The notes under the pieces were generated by a model that was not told where the DNA came from, made no database searches, and saw nothing but the letters and a program-made list of their open reading frames with translations. Of a stretch of DNA of 64,000 nt, positions 57,416 to 64,000 are shown piece after piece (positions within the stretch are counted from its first letter, which is position 1; each line of letters begins with the position of its first letter). The position numbers and the translations under genes were made by a program. Source of the stretch: Anaerolineae bacterium (GTDB lineage Bacteria; Chloroflexota; Anaerolineae; Aggregatilineales; J027); NCBI GenBank assembly GCA_019913005.1, contig JAIOHL010000190.1, positions 4,732-68,731 on the forward strand. Direction: 5' to 3'.

Positions 57416-58225
57416 TTATACATCCAGCAGCAGGGCGACATTGAGGCGATAGGCCAAGTAGAGGCTTTGCAGGAACAGCTTGATGTCACGGATGGAATGG
57501 TCGTCCCCTTGACCGATTTGCATCTGGAAGGGGTACTGCTCCAAAAGGCTTTCTCGCGCATCGGGGTTGCTAGAGAGGGCCATGATTGTGGCGGGGTCGA
57601 GGCCTTCGCGTGAAATCGCACCATAAAATAATAGCAGCATGGCGGCATGACCGGGTTGAATTGGGCCGAGCATGAAGGTCATCTCAAAAAGCGAATCGGT
57701 AGTGGCGGTGAATTCGGGAAACTGCCGCCCAAAGGTGTCCGCTGATTCAAAAAAGACACCCGCTTGATTGCGTAATTCGCGTGCCGTTTCCCCGGTATAG
57801 CCAAATTCATGGATACCCTTTTGCAGCATTAAAAATAGGACAGGATATTCCGGGCCGGGAAGCTGTTTCAACATCCACCATTCGGCTTGCTGCGAGATAG
57901 GGTAATTGATATAACCGATGCAGCCAAAGGCTTTGCCGGTGCGATTGGCGGGACACCCCACACAATATTGGTTCAGCCCATCTAATTCGGCGGCGGCATT
58001 CAGCAAAACATCGGCGGTCACGAGTTCAGTGGTTTCGGTGCCATCCGAAGCACGGCGGGTCATCTCGAAGCCGATTTCACTTTCAGGCCGATAGTCGCCT
58101 TGTTCCCGATAATATTGGACGATTTTTTGGGCGCGGTCACGTCCCTTGAGGCGCTCGATAATGCCTTCGGTGGTGAGTTCGTCTTTGGGGAGGCAAGGGA
58201 AGTTAATCGCGGTATCTACACCCAT
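57416..58225 (-). CDS. Hypothetical protein with putative metal-binding Cys motif
   Basis: FPC...CVGCPAN...FGCIGYINYPIS. Confidence 0.65.
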   Translation of the reverse strand: MGVDTAINFPCLPKDELTTEGIIERLKGRDRAQKIVQYYREQGDYRPESEIGFEMTRRASDGTETTELVTADVLLNAAAELDGLNQYCVGCPANRTGKAFGCIGYINYPISQQAEWWMLKQLPGPEYPVLFLMLQKGIHEFGYTGETARELRNQAGVFFESADTFGRQFPEFTATTDSLFEMTFMLGPIQPGHAAMLLLFYGAISREGLDPATIMALSSNPDARESLLEQYPFQMQIGQGDDHSIRDIKLFLQSLYLAYRLNVALLLDV

Positions 58226-58378
58226 TTAATTCGCTCGATTCTGTTGGGGATAATCTGTAACCATTCTAGCATTAAAACGCTCCGGCGGCTTGCTTTGGCG
58301 AGGTCAACCTTATCTCGTAGTCGGGTTGCTGAAAATGGCTATGGTTAACATTTTGAGGGGAAGTTGGTAAGCCCCATT

Positions 58379-59125
58379 TCATGCTGACCAGTCCTTTAAA
58401 AATTCCCAGACCGCTTGGATGAGTTCAGACCGATGTTGGGCATAAATATGGGATGCGCCTTGAATGGTGGCCCGGACTACATGCCCACTTGAAACGCTGC
58501 TGAAATTGTCGGCATGATAAAACGGCACCATTTCGTCTTCGGGACTGTGAACAATCAATACTGGACGGGGGGCAATCTGGCACACGGCATCGGTTGGCTG
58601 TGGCCCTTCACCCAAGCCTAAAAATTGTATGCCTAACGTGGAGGGTGTCACTCCCAATAGGAATGGTGCCGCCGCGTCCAAAAATTCACGGGACAACATT
58701 GATTCGGTGAAATCGCTAAACCCGGCGATGGACACCACCCGCTGAATACGGCTATCTTGGGCGGTGGCGAACAAGGCGGCTCGACTGCCCATGCTGTAAC
58801 CGATGACGGCCATTTTTTGCGGGTCTAGGATGACAGGCGCGTCCGGCGAGAGGGCAAAATCAAGCGCGGCGCAGGTATCGGCGATTTGACCCTCAAAACT
58901 GAAAAGCCCTCCGCTGCCCCATGTCCCGGCAAAATGCAATACCAGAACATGCCAGCCTTTGGAACGGAGAAATTGGGCAAGATCGTGGTTTTTCTCCGCA
59001 CCGGGGAGGCCGTGTAACAAGAGGGCAAACGGTGCGGGAGTGGTGGTTTCGGCGGTATAGTAAATGCCTACCAATGAATAATTGCCACAGTGGAAACGCA
59101 CCGAATGGGTATCTGCCATCGGCAT
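58379..59125 (-). CDS. Alpha/beta hydrolase
   Basis: LLHGLPG, GYSMG nucleophile elbow, DEMVP, GASH. Confidence 0.9.
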   Translation of the reverse strand: MPMADTHSVRFHCGNYSLVGIYYTAETTTPAPFALLLHGLPGAEKNHDLAQFLRSKGWHVLVLHFAGTWGSGGLFSFEGQIADTCAALDFALSPDAPVILDPQKMAVIGYSMGSRAALFATAQDSRIQRVVSIAGFSDFTESMLSREFLDAAAPFLLGVTPSTLGIQFLGLGEGPQPTDAVCQIAPRPVLIVHSPEDEMVPFYHADNFSSVSSGHVVRATIQGASHIYAQHRSELIQAVWEFLKDWSA

Positions 59126-59126
59126 T

Positions 59127-59915
59127 TTATTTCCCCTCCACAAAATGGTGCTGGGTAATCCACGTTTGTTCATGGGTCAAGGTGACGACATTAAACCCAT
59201 GTGGGGTGGCGGTGTCTGTTAGGATGTCGGTCTGGGTGGGCCAAGATTGCAGTTGCATACTGACGGCAGGGGCGCTGCTGCACAAAATCCCGTCGCGTAG
59301 GGTAGTGCTGCCCCGATGGATGTGCCCGAAAAATAGTCCCCGGATACGTTTTTGGAAACGGCTTAGAATAGCAAAGAGGGCGTCGTGATTTTCGATCATC
59401 ATGTCGGCGTCATACCAACCCACGCCTGTTTGGATAGGTAGGTGGTGCAGCACGATGACCAATGAACGAGCAGACGAAGATTGGCAGGTTTTTTCCAGCC
59501 ATGCTAATTGAGAGTCCTCCAAATATCCGGCGGGTTGGATATGCCCGAAGGAATCCAGCACGATGAAATGGAAATCGCGGACAGTAAAATCGTAATCAAG
59601 GCGACCTGTGCCTGCTGGTAAATTGGGCAGAGTTTGGCGCATGACGTCGTGGTCGTCGTGGTTGCCGCGCACGTAATAGACCGGGTATTTGAATCTGCTT
59701 AACAGACTCTGGGCCAATGGATAGGCGGCAGGGTCGGGGTCGTAGGCCACATCGCCCGTGTGCAGAATGAAATCCGGTGTAAATGGCAGGTCGTTGTTCA
59801 GATGAGCGACAAGTGCATCTAGCGCGGCGTAGGTATTGCAGCCACGCAGCACATAATCCGGCGATGGCCCGATATGGGTATCCGTCATGTGAATAAATCG
59901 TAAGGTATTGTCCAT
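59127..59915 (-). CDS. Metallophosphoesterase (CpdA/Icc-like)
   Basis: TDTH, TGD, GNHD, HH.P, GHIH. Confidence 0.9.
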   Translation of the reverse strand: MDNTLRFIHMTDTHIGPSPDYVLRGCNTYAALDALVAHLNNDLPFTPDFILHTGDVAYDPDPAAYPLAQSLLSRFKYPVYYVRGNHDDHDVMRQTLPNLPAGTGRLDYDFTVRDFHFIVLDSFGHIQPAGYLEDSQLAWLEKTCQSSSARSLVIVLHHLPIQTGVGWYDADMMIENHDALFAILSRFQKRIRGLFFGHIHRGSTTLRDGILCSSAPAVSMQLQSWPTQTDILTDTATPHGFNVVTLTHEQTWITQHHFVEGK

Positions 59916-59988
59916 AGGTTTTGGTGGAAGAAATTGAGATTATCGGCTACAGTTGGCCTATAGTAACACAAATCAGGAGAGGCACGGA

Positions 59989-60846
59989 ATGAAACGCTGG
60001 GTCATTTTGGGAATTTTGTTGCTATTGCCATTTACAGTGTGGGCCTGTTCCGATGAAGAATCCGATAATGGTGGACCAAACACATCCTCCAACAACAGCA
60101 GTGGTAACAACAATACGAATTTAGGGTATCCCGCGAAACCCGCCAATTTGACCAGCGCCACTGTGACCGACGTGATTGATGGTGACACAGTGGACTTGGA
60201 TGATGGACAGCGTGTTCGCCTGATTGGAATTAATACGCCCGAACGCGAACAACCTTTTTATGAAGAAGCCTCCAATTTTTTAAAAAGTCGGCTGGATGGT
60301 AAGCGGGTCGAGATTGAATATGACCAAGAAACCACCGACCAATATGGGCGCACGCTGGCCTATATTTGGTTGGGGGATGTGCTGATTAATCAAGAAATTT
60401 TGTCACAGGGCTTTGCCAATGCCTATTCTGTGCCGCCGAATGTGCGCTATGAACAGGTCTTTTTGCTGACCGAACAAGCGGCCCAAACCGCCGGGGTTGG
60501 CATGTGGAAGCCCGCTTCGGCCAGCGTCATTATTCGGTTTATCAGCTATGACCCGCCCGGCCCAGATGATGAGAATTTGAACGGGGAATATGTGGAATTT
60601 CAAAACAAGGGCACGGAAACAGAGGATTTGAGCGGGTTCACGTTGGAGGACGCCGCCAATAATAATTACACCTTTGGCGCCGTGACCATCGCGCCGGAAC
60701 AATCCTTGCGGCTCTATTCCGGCTGTGGTCAAGATACCTATAATGCCGTGTATTGGTGTTCTGATAATTCGGTTTGGAACAACAGCGGTGATAGTGCCAT
60801 TTTACGCGATGCGGAAGGCCTCTATATCGCGGCCTATCAATACTAA
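59989..60846 (+). CDS. Lipoprotein thermonuclease with lamin-tail domain
   Basis: Lipobox-like VWAC; VIDGDT, VRLIGINTPE, DQYGRTLAY; EYVEFQN...DLSGFTL...VWNNSGD. Confidence 0.9.
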   Translation: MKRWVILGILLLLPFTVWACSDEESDNGGPNTSSNNSSGNNNTNLGYPAKPANLTSATVTDVIDGDTVDLDDGQRVRLIGINTPEREQPFYEEASNFLKSRLDGKRVEIEYDQETTDQYGRTLAYIWLGDVLINQEILSQGFANAYSVPPNVRYEQVFLLTEQAAQTAGVGMWKPASASVIIRFISYDPPGPDDENLNGEYVEFQNKGTETEDLSGFTLEDAANNNYTFGAVTIAPEQSLRLYSGCGQDTYNAVYWCSDNSVWNNSGDSAILRDAEGLYIAAYQY

Positions 60847-62219
60847 CGACTCAGCAAAATCCGCGCACGGGCGATTTGGTGGCGCACTGCATCCGGGGAT
60901 GTACCGCCTGTCGCCTTGCGCTTGCTGACGGCGGTTGCAAAATCCAGCGCCGCGTAAACATCCTCATTAAACAGTGGCGAAATGGCTTGATAATCGCCGA
61001 GTGGCAGTTGCGATAAGGGCAATCTCTTTTCTTCGGCCTGTCGCACCACTTGACCAACGACATGATGGGCTTCTCGAAAGGCCATGCCCTGTCCGACGAG
61101 CCAATCCGCGAGTTCGGTTGCCAATAACCCTTCGTCTAGGGCATCTAACATTCGTTCGGGAATGAATTCGAGCGTATTAAGCATCCCCGCCATCACAGGC
61201 AGGAGCAAGTCGAGCGTGCGGGTGGTATCAAACAGCGGCTCTTTATCCTCCTGCAAATCCTTGTTATAGGTGCTGGGCAGGCCTTTTAGGGTGGTCAACA
61301 GACCAGTGAGATTGCCAATCATGCGACCCGCCTTGCCACGCGCCAATTCCATCGGGTCGGCATTGCGTTTTTGGGGCATGATACTTGACCCGGTACTGTA
61401 GGCGTCGGGCAGGCGGATGAAACCATAAATGGGATTGCTGTAGAGGATGACATCCTCAGCAAGGCGGCTGAGATGAAGGCCGATCATGCTGGCGACAAAG
61501 AGAAATTCGGCAATCATGTCGCGGTCAGATACGCCGTCCAGACTGTTGTGAGTAACCCCCGCAAAACCCAAATTTGCGGCAATATGTTCGCGGTCAATTG
61601 GGTAAGGCGTCCCAGCCAACGCGCTCGACCCCAATGGTGATATATTGATGCGTTTGAGGCCGTCGTTGAGGCGTTCGCGGTCACGCTGCAACATCCAGAA
61701 AAAACTCATCAGCCAATGGGCAAGGGTAATCGGCTGGGCAGGCTGCATGTGGGTGAAACCGGGCATGATGGTTTCGATATGCGGCTCGGCACGATCCACC
61801 AGCACGGTTTGGATAGTGACAAGCATCCCCTCAATTTGAGCACAGGTGTCGCGCAGCCACAGCCGGATGTCAGTGGCGATTTGGTCATTGCGACTGCGCC
61901 CAGTGTGCAGTTTGCCCGCGACAGGCCCGACAATTTCGGTTAGGCGGCGTTCGACGGCGGTGTGAATATCTTCATCACCATCGGCATAGTGGAACTGATT
62001 GGTTTCAAATTCGCCCAATATTTTTTCGAGGCCGTTTTCAATCGTTTGGGCTTCCTGCTCGGTTAAAATGCCTGCACGGGAGAGTGCCCACGCATAGGCC
62101 ACGCTGCCATGAATGTCGGCGGCATAAAGGACTTTATCGAAACTAATGGAATCTTGTAGAGCACGCATTTGGGCGTTGGGGGAATCGGCAAAACGCCCGC
62201 CCCAGAGTTTTGCATTCAT
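60843..62219 (-). CDS. argH: Argininosuccinate lyase
   Basis: LWGGRF, DEDIH, HTGRSRNDQ, GSSIMPQKRN, YNKDLQEDKE. Confidence 0.97.
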   Translation of the reverse strand: MNAKLWGGRFADSPNAQMRALQDSISFDKVLYAADIHGSVAYAWALSRAGILTEQEAQTIENGLEKILGEFETNQFHYADGDEDIHTAVERRLTEIVGPVAGKLHTGRSRNDQIATDIRLWLRDTCAQIEGMLVTIQTVLVDRAEPHIETIMPGFTHMQPAQPITLAHWLMSFFWMLQRDRERLNDGLKRINISPLGSSALAGTPYPIDREHIAANLGFAGVTHNSLDGVSDRDMIAEFLFVASMIGLHLSRLAEDVILYSNPIYGFIRLPDAYSTGSSIMPQKRNADPMELARGKAGRMIGNLTGLLTTLKGLPSTYNKDLQEDKEPLFDTTRTLDLLLPVMAGMLNTLEFIPERMLDALDEGLLATELADWLVGQGMAFREAHHVVGQVVRQAEEKRLPLSQLPLGDYQAISPLFNEDVYAALDFATAVSKRKATGGTSPDAVRHQIARARILLSR

Positions 62220-62524
62220 ATGTAATCTTCCTTTCAGATAGAGGCCTAAGCGATTTTGTTGAGATTGTAATACAACTGCAACTATGGTATAATGAAACAC
62301 TTACCTTCATCATTAATTGACTACTGTAGTTAAAAAGCTACCGCCCATCCACTCCTACTGGGCAAAGTCATTTTCAGAAACTTCTAAAAAACGTCACTAT
62401 CAGACAAAATGTGCAGATTCTTCCAGCAATAACCTCTCCTCTTTTGGCTAACGAAGTGCTTTGGAAGTTATCGGCTGTCGCTAAATCGAAACACCATATT
62501 CCCATAGATGCTGAGGAGAAGTCA

Positions 62525-62794
62525 ATGAACAAGAATAGCATGGCTCATCATTTGCTTATCGAAATGGACGGCCTTTTTCATACCAAACCTAATCCTATAA
62601 CCCTATATCTCCCACATAAACGGGCTTCTTTTCGAAAGATGGCGCAAATCTATGATACGCTTGACCAGCTTGAAATGGGAGGATATGTTCGGATTTATCT
62701 GCTTAGTCAATCGAACGTTACTAAAGGCGCACTAAGGCTTATTGGGGCTGAGTTGACTCAAGAAGGCCTAAATTATGCCTACCAGAATAAGTGA
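62525..62794 (+). CDS. Small hypothetical protein, possibly winged-helix
   Basis: SD GAGGAG before ATG 62525; LDQLEMGGYV...ELTQEG. Confidence 0.5.
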   Translation: MNKNSMAHHLLIEMDGLFHTKPNPITLYLPHKRASFRKMAQIYDTLDQLEMGGYVRIYLLSQSNVTKGALRLIGAELTQEGLNYAYQNK

Positions 62795-62850
62795 GATCCA
62801 CAGGCAAATGAGATGCTTAATCTGGGTATCTATCTCTTAGCACCCGAATC

Positions 62851-64000
62851 TCACAATTTCAGTTTTGCAAGCACCGTTTCGAGATCAATCAATTCACTTG
62901 TCTCACTGTCGCGTCGCTTCCATTCCAGCTTATCTTGGGTGCGTTTGGAGATGACCAATCGAACTGGGATGCCCAGCAGGTCGGCGTCGCCAAATTTGAC
63001 CCCGGCGGATACGTCCCGATCATCCCACAGCACTTCGATTCCAGCAGTGTTCAATTGAGCATAAACCTCAGCAGCCTGTTCTTCAACCCCTGCCAGTGAT
63101 ACCAGATGGACTTGGAAGGGGGCTACGGCGTCGGGCCAAATAATGCCCTTGTCGTCATTGTAGATTTCGACAATTGCCGCCATCGTGCGACCCAATCCAA
63201 TCCCATAACAACCCATATAATACGGCTTCTCTTTGCCGTCTTGATCTACAAAAACCGCGCCTGCCATCTTAGTCGAATAGTGATAGCCGAGTTGGAAAAT
63301 GTTGCCGACCTCGATGCCACGTTTTTCGATCAGCGGCTGACCATTGGGGGCGATGTAACTTTCTTGGGCCATCGCAATATCGGCGAGCATCGAACAGGTG
63401 AAATCACGCCCGTAATTGACATTAATCGAATCGGTGGTGTCTTCTTTCTGCCCCCCGATGAAATTTCGCACGGTAGTCAGGGAGAGGTCGCCAATATAAC
63501 GGGCCGGATGCCCCCATGAATGGACATAACCGCGCTGGGTGCCGAGGCGAATCAGGTCGTCGTCAGTGGCTTCTTCGAGTTGACCCACCGCATCAAGGGC
63601 GTGTTCCAATTTAGTTTTATTGACATCCAAATCGCCACGTAGCCCCGCGATAATTACTTCGCCTGTGCCGACATGCCGATAGACCACATTTTTGAGATAG
63701 CGCCAACGGGGTTGACCATAGTGCTTCTCATTGTCCTCCATCGTCTTGACCCATGCGGGTTGGTCAATAATCTGGAAATCCTTAATGGGTTCGTCGGGAT
63801 TGGGCAGGCTACGCTGGAATTGGGCTACATCTTCGTGGGCATACATTGAGCCGTCGGGGGTGGCGAGGAAACGACTTTCGCCAACTTCGCTTTCGACAAT
63901 AAATTCATGGCAGTATTCGCCACCAATATACCCATTGTCGGCCTCGACCATCACCGAATTGAGACCCATACGCCGGAAGATGCTGTAATAGGCCTGCGCC
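62851..64000 (-). CDS. proS: Prolyl-tRNA synthetase (5' end outside the window)
   Basis: ADNGYIGG...HEF, IEVGNIFQLG..YS, MGCYGIG..R, GIIWP, DDR...GVKFGDADLLG. Confidence 0.95.
   Translation of the reverse strand, partial: AQAYYSIFRRMGLNSVMVEADNGYIGGEYCHEFIVESEVGESRFLATPDGSMYAHEDVAQFQRSLPNPDEPIKDFQIIDQPAWVKTMEDNEKHYGQPRWRYLKNVVYRHVGTGEVIIAGLRGDLDVNKTKLEHALDAVGQLEEATDDDLIRLGTQRGYVHSWGHPARYIGDLSLTTVRNFIGGQKEDTTDSINVNYGRDFTCSMLADIAMAQESYIAPNGQPLIEKRGIEVGNIFQLGYHYSTKMAGAVFVDQDGKEKPYYMGCYGIGLGRTMAAIVEIYNDDKGIIWPDAVAPFQVHLVSLAGVEEQAAEVYAQLNTAGIEVLWDDRDVSAGVKFGDADLLGIPVRLVISKRTQDKLEWKRRDSETSELIDLETVLAKLKL

Noticed and set aside
1-64000. CRISPR array, rRNA, integrase/transposase or prophage
   Set aside because: No regularly spaced direct repeats, rRNA-like segment, or recombinase, transposase or phage structural motifs seen by eye

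Overview
A 64 kb stretch of gene-dense bacterial chromosome of roughly balanced GC. It is probably Chloroflexota (Anaerolineae-like), inferred only from gene repertoire and style. Housekeeping and signalling genes include ftsH, a Hanks Ser/Thr kinase, PlsC, PGI/PMI-aminotransferase-serA, argH, a partial proS, tRNA-Leu(CAA), two ECF sigma factors, a DosS/DosR-like two-component pair, NurA, and a DUF433/DUF5615 toxin-antitoxin pair. I saw no CRISPR array, rRNA, integrase or transposase. Best candidate for an undescribed system: a tightly coupled operon (3389-14522) of several membrane proteins, a 1105-aa acidic protein with about 13 PDW/PEW motifs, a GlmL-like actin-fold ATPase with no mutase in the window, a hybrid-motif/KOW-like protein, and two paralogous surface proteins. 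Other loci of interest are an HTH + double-LAGLIDADG gene right behind the tRNA, an excisionase-like HTH leading small ORFs with twin ~55-nt hairpins opposite an HNH nuclease, a Fur/Zn-finger/NurA/HAS-barrel operon without herA, and a deoxynucleoside kinase-MazG fusion. All family calls come from motif recognition by eye, not database searches.
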